Part shown: positions 28,476 through 38,136 of the stretch, one piece after another
Layout: every line of letters starts with the position of its first letter
Position numbering within the stretch: the first letter of the stretch is position 1
DNA from: Candidatus Uhrbacteria bacterium
GTDB taxonomy: Bacteria; Patescibacteriota; Patescibacteriia; UBA9934; UBA9568
DNA length: 49,495 nucleotides
Reading direction: 5' to 3'
Assembly: GCA_003497135.1 (NCBI GenBank)
Contig: DNKR01000049.1
Location: forward strand, 2,516 to 52,010
The notes under the pieces: generated by a model
The model's input: the letters and a program-made list of their open reading frames with translations, nothing else
Told to the model about the DNA's origin: nothing
Database searches by the model: none
Program-made: the position numbers and the translations under genes

Positions 28476-29954
28476 ATGCACCAAAGCATTGCTAAAAATA
28501 CAGCATACCTCACAATTTCTTACACAGGCCAAAAAATCCTTGCTTTTGTTTATTTCATGTTCATAGCAAGAATTCTAAATGTTGACGGAGTTGGCGCTTA
28601 TTTTTTATCACTATCAATACCGACAGTTTTTTCTGTTTTTGCTGATTTTGGACTTCAGCCGGTAATTGTACGTGAAATTGCCAGAGAACGGTTTGATGTA
28701 CCTAAATTAATCAGATCATCAATCGGCTTAAAATTGTTTTTTATATTAGCGTCAGGGATAGCTAGCATAGGAACATCACTGGCTCTTGGCTATGATAAGC
28801 AAATTATTAATCTTGTATCGCTAGCAACAATCGTAATGGCCCTTGATTCAATACACCTGACGATTTACGGCGTCTTGCGAGGACAGCAACTTTTAAAGTA
28901 CGAATCAGCAGGAATTTTTATCGGCATGATCCTGACAGTTGTTTTTGGTTCCATTTCATTGATTGTAAACCCGTCAATAAGCATGCTTATGATTGCGCTT
29001 ATGATTGGCAGTTTATGGAATGTGGTCTGGTCAATCATTTGCGCCAAAAAAATAATAAGTCTTTCGTTTTTCATTCCGCGTTTTGATGTCAGTATTGCAA
29101 AAAAACTTTTAAAAACAGCCCTGCCGTTCGCGCTCGCAGGCGCTTTTGTGAAAGGTTATTCGTACATTGACACAATTTTAATTTCTCTAATTTTAGGAGG
29201 ATCATCCGTCGGTATATATGCTATTCCATACAAAATAACTTATGCTTTTCAATTTATTCCAATGGCCTTTATTGCAGCACTATACCCTGGCATGAGCGCT
29301 CTGGTAGAACAATCGTCAGACAAGCTAAAAGAGGTTTTCAGCGACTCAATGTGGTACATGGCAGTTCTTGCCTTTCCAATATCATTCGGAATTTGGGCAA
29401 TAGCGCCGGAAATTGTAACAATGCTCGCAGGCCCGAATTTTTACGAATCAGTAGCTCCGCTTAAAATATTGATATTCGCGACTATATTTTTATTTCTTGA
29501 TTTTCCGATCGGTTCAATCCTTAATGCGGCAGACAAGCAGGGAACAAAAACCGCTATTATGGGTTTTACAATGTTAATAAATGTAGCAGCTAACGCGCTA
29601 TTAATACCAAAGCTCAATGTTATCGGGGCGTGTGTGTCAGCTATAATCAGTTTTATTGTTCTGTTTGTTCTTGGAATGCACTTTGCAAGACGCACAACGA
29701 ATTATTCATTCATGGATTTATTGCGGATGATTATCCCAGTCGCATTTTCATCAGCAATAATGGCAGGTGTTGTCTTGCTGTTAAAGCAATATATGAACAT
29801 TGCTGTCGTGATACTAATTGGCTCTGTCTTGTACATTATATTTCTTAAAATATCAGGATCGCTTCAGGCAAAGCATATTAAGCATATTTCTGATGTAATA
29901 AGGCGATACTCAAATAAAAATCGTTATGAAGAAGACATTAATTCTAACAATTGA
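28476..29954 (+). CDS. Polysaccharide/oligosaccharide flippase (MOP superfamily, Wzx-like)
   Basis: 492 aa with about 12-14 TM helices. The N-terminus KNTAYLTISYTGQKILAFVYFMFIARIL is typical of polysaccharide biosynthesis flippases. It heads the glycosyltransferase cluster. Confidence 0.75.
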   Translation: MHQSIAKNTAYLTISYTGQKILAFVYFMFIARILNVDGVGAYFLSLSIPTVFSVFADFGLQPVIVREIARERFDVPKLIRSSIGLKLFFILASGIASIGTSLALGYDKQIINLVSLATIVMALDSIHLTIYGVLRGQQLLKYESAGIFIGMILTVVFGSISLIVNPSISMLMIALMIGSLWNVVWSIICAKKIISLSFFIPRFDVSIAKKLLKTALPFALAGAFVKGYSYIDTILISLILGGSSVGIYAIPYKITYAFQFIPMAFIAALYPGMSALVEQSSDKLKEVFSDSMWYMAVLAFPISFGIWAIAPEIVTMLAGPNFYESVAPLKILIFATIFLFLDFPIGSILNAADKQGTKTAIMGFTMLINVAANALLIPKLNVIGACVSAIISFIVLFVLGMHFARRTTNYSFMDLLRMIIPVAFSSAIMAGVVLLLKQYMNIAVVILIGSVLYIIFLKISGSLQAKHIKHISDVIRRYSNKNRYEEDINSNN

Positions 29955-31026
29955 TTTTCCTCCAATGTTTGGCGGAGTTGCAAGATATCTTTGCGAGCTT
30001 TCTCTTTCGCTTCATGATTCTGTCTCTGTTCTTGCGCAAAATATGAAAGGCGCAAAAGAGTTTGATCTAAATTCAAACATAAATACAGAAAGAGTTAATC
30101 TGTTCTGGCCGTTTTGGCCTCACTGGACAAAAATTATTTTCATAATTTTCAAAAAAAGAAAAGAATTTGACCAGCTCATAATAAGCCATGTTTTGCCGCT
30201 CGGGCTTCCTGCATTGTTTGCAAAAGTATTCTTAAAAAAGCAGTATATTTTGATAATGCACGGCCTTGATTACAACCTTGCAGGCAAAAATGCATGGAAA
30301 ATATTTTTAAGATCAATTATTTTGGAAAACGCAAAACTTGTTATTTGCAATTCAAACGCGCTATGCGTTCGAGCATCAGCGGAGAATCCCGGAATCAATT
30401 CAACTGTTCTTTATCCAAGCCCCTCGCAAAAACACATGGCGCTTGCAGAAAAATATCAAAAAACAGATTTATCGCCGCATAATCCAATAAGATTATTAAC
30501 TGTCGCTCGCCTTGTTCCGCGAAAGGGGCATGAACTTGTTCTAAGAGCAATTTCACAGCTTATAAGCGAAGGAACCGATGCATTTTACACGATTGTCGGC
30601 GACGGGCCGGAATATGGCAAATTATTCGATCTAGCGCGAGAATTGAATCTTGAACAAAAAGTAAAATTCGAAAGAAACGCCAGCGACGAAGCTGTAAGGG
30701 AAATTTACAAAAAATCAGACCTGTTTGTAATGCCGACTCTTACAATCGGCGCTGATGTGGAAGGATTCGGCATTGTATACATAGAGGCAGCGTCTTATGG
30801 TCTGCCTTCAATCGCAACTGATATGCCCGGCGTAAACGAATCTGTTATTAACAACGAAACAGGATTGCTTATTGAGGAAGGGGATATAAGTGCGCTGTCT
30901 GAAGCAATAAAAAAACTCGCAACAAATAACAATCTGTTTCTTGAGCTTTCGAAAAACGCAAAAAAACGGGCTTTTAATGAATTTCAATGGCATATTCAAG
31001 CGCCAAAAATATACAAATATCTATGA
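29926..31026 (+). CDS. GT-B glycosyltransferase (family 4 / group 1)
   Basis: C-terminal EGFGIVYIEAASYGLPSIATDMPGVNESV (the E-X7-E region). It overlaps the flippase gene by 29 nt. Confidence 0.85.
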   Translation: MKKTLILTIDFPPMFGGVARYLCELSLSLHDSVSVLAQNMKGAKEFDLNSNINTERVNLFWPFWPHWTKIIFIIFKKRKEFDQLIISHVLPLGLPALFAKVFLKKQYILIMHGLDYNLAGKNAWKIFLRSIILENAKLVICNSNALCVRASAENPGINSTVLYPSPSQKHMALAEKYQKTDLSPHNPIRLLTVARLVPRKGHELVLRAISQLISEGTDAFYTIVGDGPEYGKLFDLARELNLEQKVKFERNASDEAVREIYKKSDLFVMPTLTIGADVEGFGIVYIEAASYGLPSIATDMPGVNESVINNETGLLIEEGDISALSEAIKKLATNNNLFLELSKNAKKRAFNEFQWHIQAPKIYKYL

Positions 31027-31730
31027 ACCAGCTGATTTCGGTTATTATTCCAACTCACAACCGCTCAAATACAATATCTGCAACTTTAGATTCTTTGTTT
31101 TCTCAATCGTATAATAACATTGAAATTATTGTTGTTGACGACGGATCAACAGACCAAACCGAGAATGTGCTTTCAAAATATGAAAGCAGAATAAAAATAG
31201 TAAAACAAAAAAATGCAGGATCAAATGCAGCAAGAAACCGCGGGTTTAAAGATTCTACAGGTGAATATATACTATTTTCTGACGATGATATTTGTTGGGA
31301 AAGCAATGCGATCGAAACTATGCTAAATGCGCTAATGTATGACAATGGCGCGTCATTTGCATATTGCAGGTTCAAACTCGGCTGGAAAAAATTTAAATTA
31401 CGGGAATTCAATTCGGGCACGCTTAAAAAAATAAACTACATACACACATCTTCTTTAATGCGCAGAGCTGATTTTCCGGGTTTTGACGAGTCGTTACAGC
31501 GTTTTCAGGATTGGGACTTATGGCTTACACTGTTAGAAAATGGCAAACGGGGCGTGTTTGTAAAAAAGGTTTTATTTAAAATAAGAACCGACAACCCGAT
31601 TACAAAATCAACATGGCTCCCTTCCTATGCATATAGACTGCCGTGGAAAATTATAAACTGGAAGCCAAAATCCATCGCTTCGTACGAAAAAGCAAAAGCA
31701 ATCGTGCAAAAAAAACACGGAATAATGTAA
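31023..31730 (+). CDS. Family 2 glycosyltransferase
   Basis: SVIIPTHNR, IIVVDDGSTD and FSDDDI (DxD). ATGA overlap with the GT4 gene. Confidence 0.85.
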   Translation: MNQLISVIIPTHNRSNTISATLDSLFSQSYNNIEIIVVDDGSTDQTENVLSKYESRIKIVKQKNAGSNAARNRGFKDSTGEYILFSDDDICWESNAIETMLNALMYDNGASFAYCRFKLGWKKFKLREFNSGTLKKINYIHTSSLMRRADFPGFDESLQRFQDWDLWLTLLENGKRGVFVKKVLFKIRTDNPITKSTWLPSYAYRLPWKIINWKPKSIASYEKAKAIVQKKHGIM

Positions 31731-31733
31731 AAT

Positions 31734-32585
31734 ATGGACATATCAATTGTAATTGTTAACTACAAAGTCGCTGATCTGCTTTTAAGATGCTTAAAATCAA
31801 TTTATGAGCATGTTCATGGAGTAAATTTTGAAATATTTGTAATTGATAATGCATCAGAAGACGGACTGATAGATCGGATAAGAAACAATTTTCCGGGCGT
31901 AATAACAATACAGAACAGAGAAAATTTAGGTTTTGCAGGGGCCTGCAATCAGGGCATAAAGCTTGCAAAAGGCGAGTTTGTACTCCTGTTAAATCCTGAC
32001 ACAATGCTTATAGACGATTCTGTTAGCAAGATAGTGCAAAGAATGCGTACAGAGCCAAATACAGCCATTGGAGGCATACATTTGCTTAATCCTGACCTTA
32101 CGGATCAAGAAGGCGCTGTTCGCAGTTTTCCAAGAATAATTGACCAGCTGCAAATTTTGTTAAAAATACCGCATATAATAGAAACGCGTACCGTACGCAA
32201 ATATCTTATGCGTGATTTTGACATGACTCACGACGCAAATGTTGACCAAGTCATGGGCGCATTTTTTTGCATACGCAGATCAGTTCTTGACTTAATCGGC
32301 CTTCTGGACGACGAAATTTTCTATTGGTTTGAGGAAGTTGATTTATGCAAGCGCGCTGTTGATGCTGGTTTTGATGTAAAATATTTTTCGTATATCAGAG
32401 CAATCCACGAAAAAGGCCATTCATTCAGACAAGTCGCAACTTTGCAAAAGCAAACAATATTGCGCAAAAGCTTGCGGCACTATGCAAAAAAACATTTCAG
32501 CTTACAGGCGCGACTCATTTTGCTTATATTGGAGCCTGTATTCTTTGTTCTGGCGCTTGTTGCGCATATCATAAAACCAAAATAA
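31734..32585 (+). CDS. Family 2 glycosyltransferase (rhamnosyltransferase-like)
   Basis: ISIVIVNYK, VIDNASEDG, GFAGACNQGI, LLLNPD and a C-terminal TM helix. Confidence 0.82.
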   Translation: MDISIVIVNYKVADLLLRCLKSIYEHVHGVNFEIFVIDNASEDGLIDRIRNNFPGVITIQNRENLGFAGACNQGIKLAKGEFVLLLNPDTMLIDDSVSKIVQRMRTEPNTAIGGIHLLNPDLTDQEGAVRSFPRIIDQLQILLKIPHIIETRTVRKYLMRDFDMTHDANVDQVMGAFFCIRRSVLDLIGLLDDEIFYWFEEVDLCKRAVDAGFDVKYFSYIRAIHEKGHSFRQVATLQKQTILRKSLRHYAKKHFSLQARLILLILEPVFFVLALVAHIIKPK

Positions 32586-32588
32586 ACT

Positions 32589-34118
32589 ATGCGCGAGCAA
32601 TTTTTCTCAAAAACATTTTGGATTACATTATCGCTTCTTGCGGCATGGTTTGCAATAGCGGTTCTGTCTTTTTTTACAAACACTGCAACAATAGCAACAT
32701 CAGCGCTGGCAATAGCAACATTTATTATTTCTTTGCGCAAAACAGAATATGGAATTTATATTGCTTTTGCGGAATTATTTACCGGCTCGCACGGGCATGT
32801 GCTTCCTTACGCTCGCATGGCAATCTTTGCCGCAATAATGCTAGCGTGGCTTATAAAAATTATTTTCAAAAAAACGCGAATTCCTCAAAATCTGAATCTA
32901 TACATGCCCTTTTTTCTTCTCGCAACAGCTGTTGCGCTTGGGTTTGCGATTGGGCTTTTGCGCAATAACGCAAAGGACGCTTTTGACGATGCGAACGGAT
33001 TCTTTTACTTAGTTTATCTGCTCCCGATTATATCTGTAAAATGGGACGCTATCAAACAACACAATCTTTTGCAAATACTTGCGGCAAGCGCAGTCTGGAT
33101 TTCTATTTTAACCCTGATTTTAATTTACATCTTCAGCCACATGAGCGAACCAATAATGCGATCAGCTTATACTTTCGCAAGAGACACGAGGATAGGCGAA
33201 TTCACGCATATTGGAGCTGGCGTTTACAGAATTTTTATTCAGTCGCAGTTCACATCAATCGCTTTTCTGTTCATAATCACTTTGTTTTTTCTTTATAACA
33301 GTAAAATTACAGACAAAGCAAAAGAATATCTTGCGCCTTTTTCTCTTATTATTTCTTCGTTAATAGCAAGCATGTCAAGAAGCTTTGCAATCGGACTTTC
33401 TGCTGGAATAATCGCGTTTTTCGCTTTCTGCTGGCAACAGGGAAGTGTGTTTGGCGAAAATTTTACAAAAAAAATAAGCATAATTTTCTTATCGCTTGTT
33501 GCCTCATTTTTATTGCTTTTTGCCGCTGTATCAGTGCCGGTTCCGCCAGGGACAGGTTCTTTCGGCTTAATTAGAGCGCTCTCAACAAGAACTGACTCTG
33601 GTGATCTGGCTATTTCAAGCAGATGGAAATTATTACCAAGAATGAATGATGCAATATTTGAAAATCCGATTTTTGGAAGCGGGTTTGGAACAATAGTCGC
33701 ATTCCCGACAGATGACCCAAGAATACTGTCAATTTCGCCTGATGGAATGTGGAGAACATACAGATTTGAATGGGGGTGGCATGACCTATGGCTTAAAATG
33801 GGAATATTCGGCCCTATTGCAATGCTTTATTTAATTTTCTTTATCTGCAAAACAGCATTAATCAACAAAAAATCAGAAAGAGCGTGGCTTTACAGCGCGA
33901 TATTGTGCTACTCATGCGCGCTTTTAGCAATTCACATATTCAGCCCATACTTAAATCACCCGATCGGGCTTGGATTCCTCCTCTTTGCAGTTCCGTTTTT
34001 AACATTCAAAGAAAAAAATAATATACACGGCTCAAAAGTTGAAATCTTAAAAATGCCGATCAAGCAAATTAGTTTTGACGCTCCGGCTCAATTTTCACAA
34101 CAAACAAAAACTCAATAA
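32589..34118 (+). CDS. O-antigen ligase/polymerase-like (Wzy_C-type) polytopic membrane protein
   Basis: About 11 TM helices, a large periplasmic-type loop, and the SMSRSFAIG motif. It is the last gene of the polysaccharide cluster. Confidence 0.6.
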   Translation: MREQFFSKTFWITLSLLAAWFAIAVLSFFTNTATIATSALAIATFIISLRKTEYGIYIAFAELFTGSHGHVLPYARMAIFAAIMLAWLIKIIFKKTRIPQNLNLYMPFFLLATAVALGFAIGLLRNNAKDAFDDANGFFYLVYLLPIISVKWDAIKQHNLLQILAASAVWISILTLILIYIFSHMSEPIMRSAYTFARDTRIGEFTHIGAGVYRIFIQSQFTSIAFLFIITLFFLYNSKITDKAKEYLAPFSLIISSLIASMSRSFAIGLSAGIIAFFAFCWQQGSVFGENFTKKISIIFLSLVASFLLLFAAVSVPVPPGTGSFGLIRALSTRTDSGDLAISSRWKLLPRMNDAIFENPIFGSGFGTIVAFPTDDPRILSISPDGMWRTYRFEWGWHDLWLKMGIFGPIAMLYLIFFICKTALINKKSERAWLYSAILCYSCALLAIHIFSPYLNHPIGLGFLLFAVPFLTFKEKNNIHGSKVEILKMPIKQISFDAPAQFSQQTKTQ

Positions 34119-35047
34119 AAAACCGCTTTGTCTATATCAGCATAGCCATTAATAAACAAAGAAGCGTCAACCGGCTTTTTACCGCTAATTTGAATTTTTA
34201 CAATAGAAACAGCTCGGTCTTTGCAGCAGACAATTAGTTTGTTATTTATAACAGAAGCGGTTCCTATTATTCTATCACCGCATATACAATCATCATCAAT
34301 AGAAACTTCACGCATCTGAACGCGAATTTCCGTTCCGTTTCTGTTCCAAATTGTCCATGATCCGGGCCATGGTTCGTATGCGCGTATTTTTCTTTCTATT
34401 ATTTCTGCGCTTTCATCCCAGTTTATGCGTCCATCATCGCGGCTAAGCTCTTTGCAAAAAGTAGCTTTGTTGTCATCTTGCGCTTGTGCGATAATTTTAC
34501 CGGCAGCATAATCCGAAATTGAATCAACAAGAAGTTTCGGGCCGATTGATTTAATTTTTTCTTCAAGGGACGCTGATGTTTCGCTTTGATCTATCATCAA
34601 CCGTACCTGATTAAGCAGGGGGCCGTGGTCCATTTTCTTGTCCAATAGCATTATGGAAACCCCGGTTTCTTTTTCACCATTTGCTATTGCACTCATAATA
34701 GGAGAAGGTCCGCGGTACTTTGGCAAAAGCGACGGGTGCATGTTCACTGTACCGAATTTTGGAATTGACAATATTGAATCTGGAAGAATTTTTCCAAATG
34801 CGACAACACAAAAAATATCAGCTGAAATACCTTCCAGATCTTTAAGATCGTGAAACACTGGAAACCCAAGCTCAAGAGCTCTTTTTTTTACAGGCGTTTG
34901 AGCAATCTTGCTGCCGCGGCCTGCTGGTTTGTCAGACATTGTAACCGCGGCAAGCAGGTCAAATCCAGGCGACTTCGCAATCTCATCTAAAAATGGCACG
35001 GCCAAAGACGGCGAGCCAAAAAACACTGTTTTGATTTTTTCTGTCAT
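34112..35047 (-). CDS. fmt: Methionyl-tRNA formyltransferase
   Basis: VFFGSPS, GRGSK, NMHPSLLPKYRGPSPI and the C-terminal beta-barrel domain. ATG at 35047 lies 4 nt after the def stop. Confidence 0.93.
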   Translation of the reverse strand: MTEKIKTVFFGSPSLAVPFLDEIAKSPGFDLLAAVTMSDKPAGRGSKIAQTPVKKRALELGFPVFHDLKDLEGISADIFCVVAFGKILPDSILSIPKFGTVNMHPSLLPKYRGPSPIMSAIANGEKETGVSIMLLDKKMDHGPLLNQVRLMIDQSETSASLEEKIKSIGPKLLVDSISDYAAGKIIAQAQDDNKATFCKELSRDDGRINWDESAEIIERKIRAYEPWPGSWTIWNRNGTEIRVQMREVSIDDDCICGDRIIGTASVINNKLIVCCKDRAVSIVKIQISGKKPVDASLFINGYADIDKAVFY

Positions 35048-35051
35048 AGAT

Positions 35052-35525
35052 TTATAAGCGCTGATGCCTTGTGAACTTTTCAACTTTGTCTATGAATAGT
35101 ATGCCATCAAGATGATCAATTTCGTGCTGGATTATGACCGCATCAAGGCCCGAAAAAGTTTTTTTGATTTTGTTCCAGTTTTGATCCAGTGCTGAAAGTT
35201 TAATGCTCTTTGAACGCTTAACAAAACCAAAAACATTAGGAACAGACAAGCACCCCTCGTCTACTTTTATTTTTCGCATTGATCGCGAAATAATCCGCGG
35301 ATTAATGAATGCCTGAATGCAGCCGCTAAGTTCAGCAATAATAACCCTTTTTGACACCCCGACTTGCGGAGCTGCAAGACCAATTCCATCTGCTTTTTCC
35401 ATTGTTTCTTGCATGTCAAAAATAAGCTCATTAAGCTCTTTTGCGCCAATCTCGCTATCTTTAACATTAGCGGATTTTTGCCTTAAAATACTGCTTTCTA
35501 GTGTAAAAATTGACCTTATTGTCAT
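35052..35525 (-). CDS. def: Peptide deformylase
   Basis: All three motifs are present: GIGLAAPQVG, EGCLSVP and HEIDHLDG. ATG at 35525 forms an ATGA overlap with the priA stop. Confidence 0.94.
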   Translation of the reverse strand: MTIRSIFTLESSILRQKSANVKDSEIGAKELNELIFDMQETMEKADGIGLAAPQVGVSKRVIIAELSGCIQAFINPRIISRSMRKIKVDEGCLSVPNVFGFVKRSKSIKLSALDQNWNKIKKTFSGLDAVIIQHEIDHLDGILFIDKVEKFTRHQRL

Positions 35526-37333
35526 ATAACTGGATTGACTTCTATAATAACCGAATCCGGAGCTTGGCGCAAGACAGCGCATATTTCGCTGGATTTTGCC
35601 AAATCAATAAAAAACTGAAAACCGTTTTTGCATGGAATAAGATCAACACCCATCTCTCTCAAAGTTTTTTCGCACTCGCTAACAGCGCTCATGTCTTTGC
35701 TTTTAGAAGCAGAAGAAATTTTTATCTCATCAGAAAAAGGCGGAAGCATGAACCGCTTGCGTTCTTGCAGTTCATCTGCGAGAAGCTCAAGAGGGGTGTG
35801 GAGCGCTTTTTGAACCATGCCTGTCATCCATGTTTGCAAAATAACTTTTGCGCCAAGCGTCTCGCCAATACCAGCGTATTCGCGGATTCGCAAAATAGTC
35901 CTCTGGCCTGATCTGTAATCAACATCAGAAAAGCCAAGATCAGCGCATAAATCCGCAACAAGCCCGACTGATTCCGTAAATACTGAAAGATAATTTTCAA
36001 AATAATACTGAGTTGCAAGCGTTATTCTGGCTTTTCCGGGCGCTTTGCCTTTTTCAACTATTTCAACTGAATAGTCAGGGAATAAATCTTTCAATTTCGC
36101 TAAAACTTTTTTATTCCTGACGCCGAAATTCGCCAAATCAGCGCTGTTACAAACAGAACAAACCGATGAGTTTGCCCGTTCCTTTTTGCAGTTTGGGCAA
36201 ATAACCGTTTGTTCAAGCGCGACAACGGGCATTTTACAAAACACACACTGTTCAATAGCTCCGCAATCCTTGCACTTAATTCTATTGGCAACGCCTTTTA
36301 AATTGTAAAAAAGAACGACATTTTTGTTTGCATCAAGAACATTCCTGCACTCGTCTAAAAGCGCAGAGGACAAAAACGGAAATTTGTTTTGTCTTGCTTC
36401 TGTATTCAAATCAATTATTTTTGCTGTTGATTTTGTATAATATTCACAGACGCGATCAAGCCCAACAAGGTCGCCTGAAGACGGGGACGCGTCAGTAAAG
36501 ACCAAAAGTGCGTTAGCTTTTTTCGCAAGCGACTTTGCGCAATTTCGCGCGTCATATCGCGGGTTTCGGTCGCGCTGTGCGTGCTCTTGCGAGCTGGAAC
36601 GCATAACAAAAACAGCATCAAGTTTTGGCGGCAAATAAAAACAGCCTATGCGCGTTGAAACAAGACAATTAATTTTTCCGCTTCGCCAACTGTGTATAAC
36701 GCTGCATCTTGCATTTTTGGGCATACTGCCGTCTAATTTTTTATGGAGCAATCCTTTTGAAGAAAATACTTTTGAAACCACTTCAAGATCATGAAAATGC
36801 GGAACGAGGATAAGGGTATTTGCGTCTTTATCAGCTTTTTCCATCCAGTCGCAAACAAGCGACGCTGAACCTGACAAATCGTCAACAAAAGCAAATACTG
36901 ATCCTGATTTGCCCAAAACCGCAGAATCCAATTTTTTTATGTTTAAATTTTGAGCTTGCAAAACTTCTTGTTTATTGCAAAAGTCGCTATTGTTGTACAG
37001 ATTTGAAAAAGACAAATGCAACACTGAAGAAACAGACTGAAAAAGATTGCTGGCAATCTCCTCGCAAAGTTCCAGCTCTTGTTCTTTTATATAATCGCGT
37101 ATTACAGACGAAATATCTGAAAGCTTGACAATGTTAGATTCATTTTTAACACGGGCAACAACTCCGTATATATTTCTTCCATGGAAACGCACTAAAACAA
37201 GATCATTGCGCTTGACTTGCATTCCAGCAGGAACCTTATAATCAAAATACGAAAACCGCCGAGGCAGGCGAATAATCGGGTAAATCTCGGCGATTGAATT
37301 TTGAGCAATATTGCTATTTATATTTTCATTCAT
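35522..37333 (-). CDS. priA: Primosomal protein N' (PriA) homolog with degenerate ATPase motifs
   Basis: N-terminal 3'-DNA-binding-like region (RLPRRFSYFDYKVP...VLVRFHGRNIYGVV). Four CxxC pairs (CKDC..CVFC..CPNC..CSVC). priA-def-fmt synteny. The Walker A, Walker B and motif VI positions are substituted; see the findings. Confidence 0.8.
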   Translation of the reverse strand: MNENINSNIAQNSIAEIYPIIRLPRRFSYFDYKVPAGMQVKRNDLVLVRFHGRNIYGVVARVKNESNIVKLSDISSVIRDYIKEQELELCEEIASNLFQSVSSVLHLSFSNLYNNSDFCNKQEVLQAQNLNIKKLDSAVLGKSGSVFAFVDDLSGSASLVCDWMEKADKDANTLILVPHFHDLEVVSKVFSSKGLLHKKLDGSMPKNARCSVIHSWRSGKINCLVSTRIGCFYLPPKLDAVFVMRSSSQEHAQRDRNPRYDARNCAKSLAKKANALLVFTDASPSSGDLVGLDRVCEYYTKSTAKIIDLNTEARQNKFPFLSSALLDECRNVLDANKNVVLFYNLKGVANRIKCKDCGAIEQCVFCKMPVVALEQTVICPNCKKERANSSVCSVCNSADLANFGVRNKKVLAKLKDLFPDYSVEIVEKGKAPGKARITLATQYYFENYLSVFTESVGLVADLCADLGFSDVDYRSGQRTILRIREYAGIGETLGAKVILQTWMTGMVQKALHTPLELLADELQERKRFMLPPFSDEIKISSASKSKDMSAVSECEKTLREMGVDLIPCKNGFQFFIDLAKSSEICAVLRQAPDSVIIEVNPVI

Positions 37334-38121
37334 GACAGTTCAAAATTTGCGACAATATAACCGACGCCAAACGGATATTCGTACGAAAGTATTTTTGGCG
37401 TAACCGAAACACCATCAAGCGCTCCGAACAAAATCGCGAGCGATTCGTAAGAGCACTGTTTTGCCTTTTCTCTCATTCTCTTGTTCAGATTAAGAAGCCC
37501 GGCCGCATTTGTTTCTTTTATGCATTCTATAATTGTAGCGTCATACTTTGCACCCATTGCGTTAAATCCTGCAGGGGACTCGCTTGTCAAGGTATGCGCA
37601 TTGTCGCCGGATGCGATTATGGCAATTCGTTTGCTGGTTGCAAATATTTGATTTTTGAGCGCTTGTCCAAAATGAAAATGATCTTTTGCCGATAGGCGGG
37701 AAGACGAAACAGGCACAATTCTTAATTGCTCAATTCTTTGTGCAAGCAAAAGCATTGGAACAGATGCGCCATAATCAAGCTTGTCAAAAGAATCAAGCGT
37801 GATTGGAATCTTTTCGCTGCGAATAGCGCGTTGCGTTCGATCAATAAACGCAATATCAGGAAAAAATTGATTTTTGGTATTCAAATCCCCGAATTGCGAC
37901 AGATCAACAGAGTACGAATCATGAAAATTGATGGAAAAAGCGCTCTCATGCACCGGTGCATGTGATGATAAAATAATTATTGTTTCCGGCTTTGATGCAA
38001 CAAGTTCATCGCTTAGTTCTGCTAGGGCATCTATTGTTGCTTGAGCTTTTGCTGTTTTGTCTGATCCAACGCTTGAAAGCAAGAGCGGGGAATGCGGAAC
38101 AAATGAAGCGAATACGAGCAT
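37330..38121 (-). CDS. Class III extradiol dioxygenase subunit B / Memo-like family protein
   Basis: N-terminus FVPHSPLLL, ILSSHAP, and IIASGDNAH (the LigB/DODA-type His motif). Family recalled from memory. ATG at 38121 is preferred to the TTG at 38130. Confidence 0.55.
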   Translation of the reverse strand: MLVFASFVPHSPLLLSSVGSDKTAKAQATIDALAELSDELVASKPETIIILSSHAPVHESAFSINFHDSYSVDLSQFGDLNTKNQFFPDIAFIDRTQRAIRSEKIPITLDSFDKLDYGASVPMLLLAQRIEQLRIVPVSSSRLSAKDHFHFGQALKNQIFATSKRIAIIASGDNAHTLTSESPAGFNAMGAKYDATIIECIKETNAAGLLNLNKRMREKAKQCSYESLAILFGALDGVSVTPKILSYEYPFGVGYIVANFELS

Positions 38122-38136
38122 AATATTCAATTAAAT

